Virus record (IMG/VR): IMGVR_UViG_3300012979_000001
Span: 1-35,374 of that record
Direction: 5' to 3' (one strand)
Length of the DNA stretch: 35,374 nt
Origin: a virus
Lineage: Duplodnaviria > Heunggongvirae > Uroviricota > Caudoviricetes
Shown here piece by piece: positions 15,427 to 24,516 of the stretch; positions within the stretch are counted from its first letter, which is position 1; every line of letters starts with the position of its first letter. The position numbers and the translations under genes were made by a program. Below the pieces are notes generated by a model that did not search any database, had not been told where the DNA came from, and saw only the letters and a list, made by a program, of their open reading frames with translations.

Positions 15427-15534
15427 GACCCACAACAATCAATTTTAAACCATTTTCACACCTTACCCTATAACTTATATACCCTCCCTTTTATCAACCC
15501 CTTAAAATCGTTCCTAAATTAAAAATTAAAAAAC

Positions 15535-15564
15535 AAAAAAAAGAGAATATCAAATCCTCTTTTT
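15535..15564 (-). terminator. intrinsic terminator ending the distal - strand cluster
   Basis: AAAGAGGA-tttgata-TTCTCTTT followed by a T run on - strand. Confidence 0.65.
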
Positions 15565-15596
15565 AATCAACAAATATATACAAGTATATTAGTTCA

Positions 15597-16097
15597 CTAA
15601 TCATCTAACCTTATTCCAAAATCATTTTCCAAAACTTTAATAATTTCATTTTGTGCAGTTTCTGTAAACAACAATCTTCCATTTTGTCTTACCTCATATT
15701 TTGGAGTTTTTCTTACTAACTCAATTTCCAAATTTAAAGTTTTAGGACTTATATATAAAACATTATTCTTTACATAATATTTTCTTTTCCCTCTTTCCAA
15801 AATCTGTCTTAAATAAGAATAGCAAGACCAACTTTGTTTCAACTCTTTCTCCACATTTTCAATTTCCATATACAATCTCTTATCAGTTAGTTGTTCAATC
15901 ATAACACCATTATTACTTACCTTATACACAATCGTTCTATACTTATAATATCTATTTCCTTTTTTATCGAACAATTGTTTCTTTTCATATAAATCTTTAA
16001 AATCTTCAAACGATATATAATTAACCTCTAAAACACTTTCTACATTTAAACTATCATTTTTACCACTTTTAACTTTTTCTACTTTTAAACAATACAT
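15597..16097 (-). CDS. basic hypothetical protein
   Basis: ATG 16097 after AAGGAG. Confidence 0.85.
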   Translation of the reverse strand: MYCLKVEKVKSGKNDSLNVESVLEVNYISFEDFKDLYEKKQLFDKKGNRYYKYRTIVYKVSNNGVMIEQLTDKRLYMEIENVEKELKQSWSCYSYLRQILERGKRKYYVKNNVLYISPKTLNLEIELVRKTPKYEVRQNGRLLFTETAQNEIIKVLENDFGIRLDD

Positions 16098-16127
16098 AAT
16101 CTCATCTCCTTTTAATATATCCAAATC

Positions 16128-16427
16128 TTAAACTAATTGATTTCTAAATCTTTTTAAAATATAATCTGTTTCCACAACACAACCATTTTTATATAAATCC
16201 ACAAAATCTACTAACTTAAACTTTTCATCACTCAATATAGACTTACATTCAACATAATTTAATACTTGTGAAAATATCATAACTAAATCTTTTCTTTCTT
16301 TATCTGTACCCTTACCATAAGTAACCTCATATATCTTTCTACTATCCAACTCACAAACCTTATAATCTCTAATCATCTCATTATTCCAAATACTAACTTT
16401 ATACCAATTATCTTCTTTTAATTTCAT
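16128..16427 (-). CDS. hypothetical protein
   Basis: AAGGAG RBS. Confidence 0.85.
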   Translation of the reverse strand: MKLKEDNWYKVSIWNNEMIRDYKVCELDSRKIYEVTYGKGTDKERKDLVMIFSQVLNYVECKSILSDEKFKLVDFVDLYKNGCVVETDYILKRFRNQLV

Positions 16428-16489
16428 TTATATCAACTCCTTATTTTAAATTTTTCTATATATTATAATCAACAAATACAACGAGTGTA

Positions 16490-16819
16490 TTATATACTAA
16501 AATCATAATAACAATCTCTTTTACCAATTACTACTCTTTGTTTATCTTGTGTTTTCCAAACACCTTTTCTACAATAACATTCATAAATTTGACCATTTTC
16601 ATCTCTTTCAAATTTATAATCTTGTTCTTCACTCATACCTCTACTATCCAATCTAATTGCTCTATCTTTTTGAATTACAATTTTACATTTACTTTTAACC
16701 TCAATTATAGTACAAGCACTTCTATCACTAAACCAATATATAGTTGCACCCATTCCTACTTTAACCTCATCATTACTTTGTCTTTCTAAAATTCTATTTG
16801 TTAAGCTACCCTCTAACAT
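16490..16819 (-). CDS. phage hypothetical protein (VGMGAT..WxSDR motif)
   Basis: ATG 16819 is best spaced from GAGGT. Confidence 0.85.
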   Translation of the reverse strand: MLEGSLTNRILERQSNDEVKVGMGATIYWFSDRSACTIIEVKSKCKIVIQKDRAIRLDSRGMSEEQDYKFERDENGQIYECYCRKGVWKTQDKQRVVIGKRDCYYDFSI

Positions 16820-16890
16820 TTTCATTACCTCTTTCTTTATTTAAAATTTGTATTTTGGATATAGACTTATTATATCCTCAACCTAAATAC

Positions 16891-16919
16891 ATTATACTAT
16901 ACTTTTTAACATTTGTCAA
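16891..16919 (-). promoter_or_regulatory. SigA consensus promoter
   Basis: TTGACA-17-TATAAT. Confidence 0.9.
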
Positions 16920-16961
16920 TACTTTTTTCAAAAAAAAATATAATTTTTTTAAAAATACATT

Positions 16962-16985
16962 AAAAAGAGGTATATTTCAACCTCT
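16962..16985 (-). terminator. probable intrinsic terminator
   Basis: AGAGGT...ACCTCT with T run on - strand. Confidence 0.55.
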
Positions 16986-17577
16986 ATTTATTGAATAACT
17001 CAACAATTTTCTTATCCAACTCATATAATTTACAAAAATTATTAAAACCTCCACTATAATCTGTATCACTTTTAGCACTTCTATATAATACATTTTCAAA
17101 CCCTTTATCATCATCTCTTAAATCTTCAACACTAAAATATACAAATTTATCAGTACCAATTTTATTTACAAATCCACTTATATAAAAATGACCAATACTA
17201 ATTTCAACATTATAATCTGTTCCCAAATCATTCTTTAATGCCTTTTTAAAATCATCTCCAAATTGTTTACATTGTGTTGATTTTCCACAAGTTGATATAA
17301 ATTCCATATCCTTATATAAATTATATAAAGTTTTCATACTTAATTTTGGCTTTTTACCTAACCACTCTATTTTATTACTACATTCTCCGTCATCAACTAT
17401 TTTATATTGTGGATATATTGTATCTTGCCAAGCAAGTTCACACTCACTACAATTAACCTTATCCATATCACACAAACTACAAGGTATTAAAAACTTACCA
17501 CAATAATCACAATATCCTCCATATTGACTAATTTCTGTTTCCATTCCACAAACATCACACCATTCTGTTGTTTTCAC
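16984..17577 (-). CDS. protein with N-terminal 4x CxxC zinc-ribbon and C-terminal YRSAK..DYSGGxNNF domain
   Basis: CDVC, CDYC, CSLC, CSEC; GTG start after AAGGAG. Confidence 0.8.
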   Translation of the reverse strand: MKTTEWCDVCGMETEISQYGGYCDYCGKFLIPCSLCDMDKVNCSECELAWQDTIYPQYKIVDDGECSNKIEWLGKKPKLSMKTLYNLYKDMEFISTCGKSTQCKQFGDDFKKALKNDLGTDYNVEISIGHFYISGFVNKIGTDKFVYFSVEDLRDDDKGFENVLYRSAKSDTDYSGGFNNFCKLYELDKKIVELFNK

Positions 17578-17608
17578 TATAATCAACTCCTTATCTTTTT
17601 ATTTATTC

Positions 17609-17839
17609 TTATCTGTCAAAATGACCATTACAATCCACATATTTTATTTCTAGTCCTTTGTATTTTTTCTTTACTCTTTTAATAATTTCTTTTTCAACTC
17701 CAATTATATCCCCTACATCACTAAATGTTTTGTCTATAATTTGTTGTATTTCATTATGTTTATATTCTCCTTTAATAATAAATACTCCATAAACATACAT
17801 ACTATCATTTTTATCTACAAATAAAACACCTTGTTCCAT
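17609..17839 (-). CDS. hypothetical protein
   Basis: AGGAGG RBS. Confidence 0.8.
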   Translation of the reverse strand: MEQGVLFVDKNDSMYVYGVFIIKGEYKHNEIQQIIDKTFSDVGDIIGVEKEIIKRVKKKYKGLEIKYVDCNGHFDR

Positions 17840-17850
17840 ATATAATCCTC

Positions 17851-18243
17851 CTATTCCTCTTCATTTTCATCTTCATCTTCATCTTCTAAAACACATTCAA
17901 TATCTTCATATCCTTTATATGTTTCAAACTCTTTTTCACTAACTACACACCAATCTTCAACACTTAAAGCACTACCTCTCCAACAAATATCAAATATAAA
18001 TACTAAATCTTCTAAATAGAAAGCTATTTTATGGATATAGTTATTTTGCCATTTTGTCAATTTATACATAATATAATAATCAACATCTACTTTTAATTCT
18101 TCATATACATCACTTGCTATCTTATATGCTAACTCTTTAACACTATAACACATATAACTTTTTCTCATTAAATCGTCAATACAAGCAACCTCCAAATCAT
18201 CTAAACTAAATCCATATTTATCAATAAATTGTCTTTCTGTCAT
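17851..18243 (-). CDS. acidic hypothetical protein
   Basis: AAGGAG RBS; poly-E/D tail. Confidence 0.85.
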   Translation of the reverse strand: MTERQFIDKYGFSLDDLEVACIDDLMRKSYMCYSVKELAYKIASDVYEELKVDVDYYIMYKLTKWQNNYIHKIAFYLEDLVFIFDICWRGSALSVEDWCVVSEKEFETYKGYEDIECVLEDEDEDENEEE

Positions 18244-18276
18244 TTTTATCTCTCCTTTTCTTTAAATTCTATATAC

Positions 18277-18305
18277 ATTATACTACACTTTTTATTATTT
18301 GTCAA
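18277..18305 (-). promoter_or_regulatory. SigA consensus promoter
   Basis: TTGACA-17-TATAAT. Confidence 0.9.
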
Positions 18306-18323
18306 TAGTTTTTTTAAAAATAC

Positions 18324-18671
18324 TTAAAATAAATTATCTACATTTATTATATCACAATTATAATATTCAAATTTCACATAACCTTTTTCAAAACAATCTA
18401 AAATTACTTCTCTTAATATTCCAATCATATTTGAAATATGTTCACTAAACCTATCAAAAAAATCTTTTTCATTATGCTCACAACTTTTATATAACAAATC
18501 TTTAACTAAATATTTTACATACCCACTATTCCAACCACTACAAATAGTCAAAATTCCATATTGATTACCATTATTATCAATTAAAACAATTTTGTTTTCT
18601 TTTAATTCTCCAACATCTTGTTTTTTTAATAATTTTGTATCTATTGCTTTTCTAACAAGTTCTTTCTCCAT
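18324..18671 (-). CDS. hypothetical protein
   Basis: GAGGTG RBS within upstream gene end. Confidence 0.85.
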   Translation of the reverse strand: MEKELVRKAIDTKLLKKQDVGELKENKIVLIDNNGNQYGILTICSGWNSGYVKYLVKDLLYKSCEHNEKDFFDRFSEHISNMIGILREVILDCFEKGYVKFEYYNCDIINVDNLF

Positions 18672-18672
18672 A

Positions 18673-19392
18673 TTACACCTCTATAATCTCCAAATTTTTA
18701 TACCCAAATCCTTTTTTAACCAAATATGCTTTTTTAAAACTCATCTCCAAACCTTTTCTATTCGGTTCATTACTTGTATATCTATATCTGTCATATCCTC
18801 TATTATATTTTCCAAGAGAAACAATTAAATAATATTTATCAACCACTATTTTATACATTCCCTCAATTTTTTCAAACAAATACTTTTTAAATACTTCAAA
18901 ACATTCTCCATATACATCATATTTAACTTGTTTCAATATTCTTTCTTCTTCTGTTTCCAACCATTCCTTATCTTGTTTACTTGCCCATTCATCATATTTT
19001 TTTGCATTTTCACTTTCTTTTTCATACTTATCTTCACTTTTACTTTTTTCTATTTGTGCAAACTCATACAATCTATTTCTACTCAAATCTCCTCTTTTAA
19101 TATACAAATCCTCATAACTATCTATTCCTTTTTCTTTCATATATTCCCTTGTTTTCCATAAAGCATACTCAAAATCTATTGTACTATCATTTATGCTACT
19201 AATTTGAATATTTCCACTCTGCATATCAATATAAAGACTTAATAATTTATCCTCAAAATTATATGTTTTATATCCTCCATATATTTCATAAGTATCATAA
19301 TGTTTTGGAGTTATATTATTACTAGCAACACAAACACTAATTTTATTTTTCTTTTTGTCTAATGATATTCTTTTACACAAATCATAACTCAT
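18673..19392 (-). CDS. hypothetical protein (239 aa)
   Basis: GGGGTGG RBS; long ORF. Confidence 0.85.
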   Translation of the reverse strand: MSYDLCKRISLDKKKNKISVCVASNNITPKHYDTYEIYGGYKTYNFEDKLLSLYIDMQSGNIQISSINDSTIDFEYALWKTREYMKEKGIDSYEDLYIKRGDLSRNRLYEFAQIEKSKSEDKYEKESENAKKYDEWASKQDKEWLETEEERILKQVKYDVYGECFEVFKKYLFEKIEGMYKIVVDKYYLIVSLGKYNRGYDRYRYTSNEPNRKGLEMSFKKAYLVKKGFGYKNLEIIEV

Positions 19393-19403
19393 TTATTCCA
19401 CCC

Positions 19404-19967
19404 CTATTCTATATCTAAATTTTTTAATTTGTTTATTTCTCTCATATTATTTCCAATATTTCTAGTCCAATCATTTATTTCATTATTATAATGTTCTATC
19501 ATTTTTGTTCTTTTTTCTTCCAATAACATAATAATAAAATCATAAATACTAATATTCTTATTCTCTACAAAAAAACTAAATTTTGGTATTTCTAATAAAG
19601 TAAAAGAATTATTGCTACAACTAGCATTTTTTCTAACTTTTTTCTCCAAAGAGTATCTACCTATATTTTCCCACAAACTAATCATATCCATATCTAAAAC
19701 CAAAGTCATATCCCATACTCCTATTCTAAATGTTTCTTTTACAATAGCATAATCTAGTTCATTATCCCTTAAAAATTCTTCAAAACCTTTTTGAATATTT
19801 GTTCTAATAATGTTATGAATATCTAATGTCTTATCAAAACTAAACCAATGATATTTATTACCAACCTTTAAATTTTCTTCCATATAATTATTCAAATAAA
19901 CCTCTAATGTTACTAAACTTATTCCTTTAAATTTTTCTACAATACTTTTAATTTCTAAAACATTCAT
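19404..19967 (-). CDS. hypothetical protein
   Basis: GGAGAGG RBS. Confidence 0.85.
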   Translation of the reverse strand: MNVLEIKSIVEKFKGISLVTLEVYLNNYMEENLKVGNKYHWFSFDKTLDIHNIIRTNIQKGFEEFLRDNELDYAIVKETFRIGVWDMTLVLDMDMISLWENIGRYSLEKKVRKNASCSNNSFTLLEIPKFSFFVENKNISIYDFIIMLLEEKRTKMIEHYNNEINDWTRNIGNNMREINKLKNLDIE

Positions 19968-19997
19968 TTTTAACCTCTCCTTTTTAAATCTAAATAT

Positions 19998-20026
19998 ATT
20001 ATACTATACATTTTGTATTTTGTCAA
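19998..20026 (-). promoter_or_regulatory. SigA consensus promoter
   Basis: TTGACA-17-TATAAT. Confidence 0.9.
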
Positions 20027-20040
20027 TACTTTTTTAAAAT

Positions 20041-20202
20041 TTATTTAAAAAAATATACTTTACAATTTCTTTCACTCAAATAATCAAGTGCATTTTTATA
20101 ACTTGCAACACCCTCAAATCTTTCTTCAAATTGTTTTTTTCCATTTTCTAATCTTATTATTTCTACTGCTCCAACTTCAATATTTAAAACATAATCTATC
20201 AT
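20041..20202 (-). CDS. hypothetical 53-aa protein (not in ORF track)
   Basis: AAGGAGG RBS; MIDYVLNIEVGAVEIIRLENG... Confidence 0.75.
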   Translation of the reverse strand: MIDYVLNIEVGAVEIIRLENGKKQFEERFEGVASYKNALDYLSERNCKVYFFK

Positions 20203-20215
20203 AACCTATTCCTCC

Positions 20216-20779
20216 TTAAATGTATTCTACTTCACTTCTCATCTTATCTCCAAATTCAATTATATCATCAAATCTAGCACTATCTAATTTTTCAAATTCT
20301 TCATCTGTTATAGCAACTACTAAACATTCAAATCCCATAGGACAATCGTGATGACTTTCTTTTATACTTAATACTCTTTTATCCATAGTACCACCAATAA
20401 CATATTGACTACATTCATAATCTCTTACAAATATATCTTTTATATCATCAACAATTTTATATCCCGTTTGACCTCTCCAATTTGACTTATAACCTATCAT
20501 TAAATAATGATTTTCTTTTACTATTAACTCTTTAATAAAGTCATTAAATTCTTCTTCATTAAAATCTCCATAATCTTCAAAATCTGTTTCATCAATTAAA
20601 ACATCAAATTCATCAAGTCCAATACTTAATAACCAATCTTCATCTGTTTCATCAATCCAATAATTGTCTTTATATTCCTCTTTAATATTAACTCCCCTAG
20701 TCATTACATATCTTCCTACATTTTGAATATCCACCTTTTTTAAATAATCTAAATTAAATTCACTAAATATTTTTTCCAT
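20216..20779 (-). CDS. acidic hypothetical protein (NWRGxxGYK...SHHDxPMG motif)
   Basis: ATG 20779 after AAGGAG; the track start overlapped the promoter. Confidence 0.85.
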   Translation of the reverse strand: MEKIFSEFNLDYLKKVDIQNVGRYVMTRGVNIKEEYKDNYWIDETDEDWLLSIGLDEFDVLIDETDFEDYGDFNEEEFNDFIKELIVKENHYLMIGYKSNWRGQTGYKIVDDIKDIFVRDYECSQYVIGGTMDKRVLSIKESHHDCPMGFECLVVAITDEEFEKLDSARFDDIIEFGDKMRSEVEYI

Positions 20780-20833
20780 TTTTATATCTCCTTTTTTATT
20801 TTTATTAAAGTTAGTATTTCCAACTTCTCTTAT

Positions 20834-20862
20834 ATTATAACATACTTTTTGTAATTTGTCAA
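20834..20862 (-). promoter_or_regulatory. SigA consensus promoter
   Basis: TTGACA-17-TATAAT, extended -10. Confidence 0.9.
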
Positions 20863-20894
20863 TACTTTTAACAAAAAAAATGAGAAATATTTTA

Positions 20895-21506
20895 CTATTC
20901 CTCAAAATCTTCCTCTTTTGGCTCATAATTTTTTACAAACTCAACCTCTTCTAATAACATCTTATTGTATTTTGTAATATCTTTACAAACCTTTTTTAAT
21001 TCATCTTCTTTTAATGGTAGATAATAACTATCTAGCTTTTTAATTTCTGTTTCTAGTTTTGTTTTTAATGACCAAATTTTTTCTTCTAAATTCTTCATAT
21101 ATTTTAAAACTTCAAAACCATTTACTTCATACACTCTATATACATTACTTCTATATTTTTTTTGTAAACCAATATATTTTATATCCACATTTTTTTCATA
21201 AATATATAAAGTATAATTATCATCAAGAAATCCGTCATTTTTTGTTTTAATTGTAAAATTTTCTTTTCTATTAAAATTCTCTTTTCTTCTTAAAACTACA
21301 AATCCATTAAATGTAAATGTTTCGTTAGTATTGTCAAAATGACCACTACCTAAATCCAAAACAACTCCATTTTCATTATAAAATATAATATTTGTCAATT
21401 TGACAGTAGTTCTATATTCTTTACCACTTTCATCATAAACTTCTGTACTTAAAGTTTTCCAATATATACTTTCTTTAAATAGACTTGTTTTAACTTGCTC
21501 ACTCAC
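20895..21506 (-). CDS. hypothetical protein
   Basis: GTG start after GAGGTG. Confidence 0.85.
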   Translation of the reverse strand: MSEQVKTSLFKESIYWKTLSTEVYDESGKEYRTTVKLTNIIFYNENGVVLDLGSGHFDNTNETFTFNGFVVLRRKENFNRKENFTIKTKNDGFLDDNYTLYIYEKNVDIKYIGLQKKYRSNVYRVYEVNGFEVLKYMKNLEEKIWSLKTKLETEIKKLDSYYLPLKEDELKKVCKDITKYNKMLLEEVEFVKNYEPKEEDFEE

Positions 21507-21511
21507 AATAA

Positions 21512-21763
21512 CTACACCTCTCTTTCAATTTTTGCTACTTCATATTTTGTAATTAAATCACTATTTTCATCATAAATTGCAATACTATTTTCCAAATTAA
21601 CAATTTTAAAGTTTCTTCCTAAATCTTTTAATTCTTCAAATTCATTATTTGCACATTTATACATTTCTTCCCTTGCTTTTTCTTCACTATTAAATAAAGT
21701 ATTTACATAGTCTGTATAATAAATTTCATCATCTTTACATAACATTAAAATAACATATTTCAT
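21512..21763 (-). CDS. hypothetical protein
   Basis: GAGGTG RBS; coupled. Confidence 0.85.
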   Translation of the reverse strand: MKYVILMLCKDDEIYYTDYVNTLFNSEEKAREEMYKCANNEFEELKDLGRNFKIVNLENSIAIYDENSDLITKYEVAKIEREV

Positions 21764-22180
21764 TTATAACACCTCAATTCCTTTATTCATCTTTTCAAAA
21801 CAAGTCATAAAGTTTTTAAAATTAAATCTAATTACCTTTATCAATTCTTCTATTTGTTTTTTACTTAAATTATCAGTACAAGTTGTTCCTTTATATTTAA
21901 ACATCTCTCCATTCGCAAATTGTGAAACACCATTTTTTCTATTATATAAACATATATCAAATTCATACTCTTTATGACAATAATATAAACTTATTCTAAC
22001 ATAATTTGCTTTTAAAGGTACATCTCTATAATCATCACATTTTAACCAATAGCTTTTTGAATAATATCCACAATCTCTATTTTTACCTTGATATTCTGTA
22101 TCAAATTCTAAAACATAATGTTTACATCTTTCCAAGTCTACAATATCAATATTTTTATTTTTCTTTTCATAACTTACCAT
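21764..22180 (-). CDS. hypothetical protein
   Basis: AAGGAGG RBS. Confidence 0.85.
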   Translation of the reverse strand: MVSYEKKNKNIDIVDLERCKHYVLEFDTEYQGKNRDCGYYSKSYWLKCDDYRDVPLKANYVRISLYYCHKEYEFDICLYNRKNGVSQFANGEMFKYKGTTCTDNLSKKQIEELIKVIRFNFKNFMTCFEKMNKGIEVL

Positions 22181-22201
22181 ATTATTACCTCCTTTTTACA
22201 C

Positions 22202-22230
22202 ATTATACTATACTTTTTATATTTTGTCAA
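22202..22230 (-). promoter_or_regulatory. SigA consensus promoter
   Basis: TTGACA-17-TATAAT. Confidence 0.9.
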
Positions 22231-22236
22231 TAGTTT

Positions 22237-22524
22237 TTATAAATTTTCATCAATATTTTTTTCAGTTATATCAATTTCATAATAATCAAAACTATCATTA
22301 AAACTTACTATAATTTTTGCATTTTTCATATCTTCATTTATATATTCTTCAAAGGTATCAATATCTTCTTTTCTTTCATCTATTTCATAATCTATTGCAT
22401 ATCTTTCTTTTAAATGTTTATAATATTCTAATGCCTTTTCAAAACTAGAAAATACACTTGTATAAATTCCACTTTCTCCACTATCTATTTTCCAATCTTC
22501 CATAACTACAAATACACTATTCAT
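22237..22524 (-). CDS. acidic hypothetical protein
   Basis: AAGGAGG RBS; overlaps upstream stop. Confidence 0.85.
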   Translation of the reverse strand: MNSVFVVMEDWKIDSGESGIYTSVFSSFEKALEYYKHLKERYAIDYEIDERKEDIDTFEEYINEDMKNAKIIVSFNDSFDYYEIDITEKNIDENL

Positions 22525-22828
22525 TTTTAAAATCCTCCTTTATTGTATCTAAACAATCATAAATTTGTTCATCATCAATTATTCTATTGCTTTCCCAAAT
22601 TATTCTCATAAAAGTTCTAAAAATCTTTTCTAATGGGTTTTCTTCTTTTTGTAATACTTCAATATAATCTTCTATATTTATTAAATTGTTTTCTATTGCT
22701 CCAAATATTTCCTCTTTTGCAACTAATTCATAAGCTAAAACATCTAATTGCATAACATCTTTACAAGACATCAATTTTATTTTAGTATTATTTATATTTT
22801 CTTTCATCTTTTTTAAAACTTCTTCCAT
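22517..22828 (-). CDS. hypothetical protein (DUF3848-like AYE...EEI...PL pattern, tentative)
   Basis: AAGGAG RBS; pattern recognised by eye. Confidence 0.75.
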   Translation of the reverse strand: MEEVLKKMKENINNTKIKLMSCKDVMQLDVLAYELVAKEEIFGAIENNLINIEDYIEVLQKEENPLEKIFRTFMRIIWESNRIIDDEQIYDCLDTIKEDFKNE

Positions 22829-22839
22829 AAAAAACTCCT

Positions 22840-23082
22840 TTACTTTTTATAATTAAATAATTCATTACATATTTGTTCATCAATTACTTCCCAAATTATT
22901 TCATTGCTCATTAAGTTTTCAACTATTTTATTAACATTTTCATCAGTAATCTTATATTCTTTTCCTACTTCCATTAAATTCTCTAATGTACCTAAAACTA
23001 ACATTTTCCAATATTCTTTCCCATTTTGTCTTTTGTTTATTTCTTCTAAATCTTCTTTTATTTTATCATAATCTAATTCCAT
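22840..23082 (-). CDS. hypothetical protein
   Basis: AAGGAGG RBS. Confidence 0.85.
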   Translation of the reverse strand: MELDYDKIKEDLEEINKRQNGKEYWKMLVLGTLENLMEVGKEYKITDENVNKIVENLMSNEIIWEVIDEQICNELFNYKK

Positions 23083-23092
23083 AACAACCTCC

Positions 23093-23488
23093 TTATGCTC
23101 TTTCTCTCAAACAAACATAAATCTTATCTTCATTTTTTATTCTAGTTATTTCGTATTTATCTTCTCCCTCTTCTATGTTACATAAATCATTCGTAAATCT
23201 TAATTCGCAACTTTGTAAATGTTCCATAGGAGCAGTATATAAATCTCCCCAATCGTTAGGATAATTTAAACATTCTGTTTCCATTTCGTCAATAAAGCTA
23301 TCATTGTCTAATGGATATTTTCCATTTTCATTTACTTCTGCATACCAAATTCCGTCAATTATATAATGACCACTACACATAGGGAATTCTTTAATTTCTC
23401 CATTTTCACACAAAACTTTTAACATTATTTTTTTTGTTTCTGTATCATCTTTACAAATATATAATAATTCTTCTAAATCAACAAACAT
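23093..23488 (-). CDS. acidic hypothetical protein
   Basis: AGGAGG RBS. Confidence 0.85.
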   Translation of the reverse strand: MFVDLEELLYICKDDTETKKIMLKVLCENGEIKEFPMCSGHYIIDGIWYAEVNENGKYPLDNDSFIDEMETECLNYPNDWGDLYTAPMEHLQSCELRFTNDLCNIEEGEDKYEITRIKNEDKIYVCLRERA

Positions 23489-23499
23489 ATTAACACCTC

Positions 23500-23802
23500 C
23501 TATTTATATAAAAAATCTATACTATAATCAATATAATCAATATTACAATCAAATTCTCTTTCTAGCATTTTTAAATAATCTACCCTAGATGAAAAATCCA
23601 TTGTTTCATTCTTCATATTTTCTACTCTTCTGTTTATAATAATTTTAGCAACATAATTAAACAAATCTTGATAACTTATATCAAACATCATTTCTATTGC
23701 CATTAAAATTCCTTGAAAGTCGCTTGTATCAATATCTTCATATATATTTGCTACATCAACTAACCTATTTTTTACTTCTTCATTTTTTTCAATTTCTTCC
23801 AT
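23500..23802 (-). CDS. acidic hypothetical protein
   Basis: AAGGAGG RBS. Confidence 0.85.
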   Translation of the reverse strand: MEEIEKNEEVKNRLVDVANIYEDIDTSDFQGILMAIEMMFDISYQDLFNYVAKIIINRRVENMKNETMDFSSRVDYLKMLEREFDCNIDYIDYSIDFLYK

Positions 23803-23823
23803 ATTTCCTCCTTGTATGTATAT

Positions 23824-23852
23824 ATTATATCATACTTTTTATAATTTGTCAA
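23824..23852 (-). promoter_or_regulatory. SigA consensus promoter
   Basis: TTGACA-17-TATAAT, extended -10. Confidence 0.9.
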
Positions 23853-23870
23853 TAAAAAATTTAAAAATTT

Positions 23871-24140
23871 TTAAAATAATGGTATATCTTCATCTTCTTC
23901 TCTCCAACCAATAGGCTCATAATCTAATGCCATTAAAAAGCTATTATAAATTGCTTGTAAAACTATATATCTATCTCCAAAACTTCCTTTTATACTATGT
24001 TCTGTTATTGTTGAAATAAAAACTTTTTCTAATCTTTCTTTTTCTTTTTCTGTCAATTTTGCATAAGTCCAACTTTTTTTGATATTATTTATAAAAACTC
24101 TTTTTGCACTTTCTTTTGGATATATATTTTCTTTACCCAT
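23871..24140 (-). CDS. hypothetical protein (SWTYxKLT motif)
   Basis: GGAGG RBS. Confidence 0.85.
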   Translation of the reverse strand: MGKENIYPKESAKRVFINNIKKSWTYAKLTEKEKERLEKVFISTITEHSIKGSFGDRYIVLQAIYNSFLMALDYEPIGWREEDEDIPLF

Positions 24141-24142
24141 AA

Positions 24143-24319
24143 TTATTCCTCCATTCCTTTATTCCATAATGGACTTTGTTTATATTCTTCTAATTCTTCT
24201 TTTGATAAATGCCCATTTTTACACATCTCAATTAAGAATTTTTCATAAGTTGTTACACCTTTTTCTTTTAAAATATGACCATATTTAAAACATTCTTCAT
24301 CTGTCCAACTTCTACTCAT
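24143..24319 (-). CDS. hypothetical 58-aa protein (not in ORF track)
   Basis: MSRSWTDEECFKYG...; GAGG RBS; fills the gap exactly. Confidence 0.75.
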   Translation of the reverse strand: MSRSWTDEECFKYGHILKEKGVTTYEKFLIEMCKNGHLSKEELEEYKQSPLWNKGMEE

Positions 24320-24321
24320 AA

Positions 24322-24507
24322 TTATTCCTCCTCTGCTTGTAATCTTATGAGTTCTTTATCTGTTTCAAAAATATAATCTCCGTCTTTATCTGCAATATTA
24401 CAATTTTCCATTCTAATTATATTTCCTTTTTCATCAATTTCTATTACCATAATAGTATCTCCATAATAATTTTCAATTGCAATTACTTTATTTAAAATAC
24501 TTTCCAT
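24322..24507 (-). CDS. hypothetical protein
   Basis: AAGGAGG RBS. Confidence 0.8.
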   Translation of the reverse strand: MESILNKVIAIENYYGDTIMVIEIDEKGNIIRMENCNIADKDGDYIFETDKELIRLQAEEE

Positions 24508-24516
24508 TTTTCCTCC

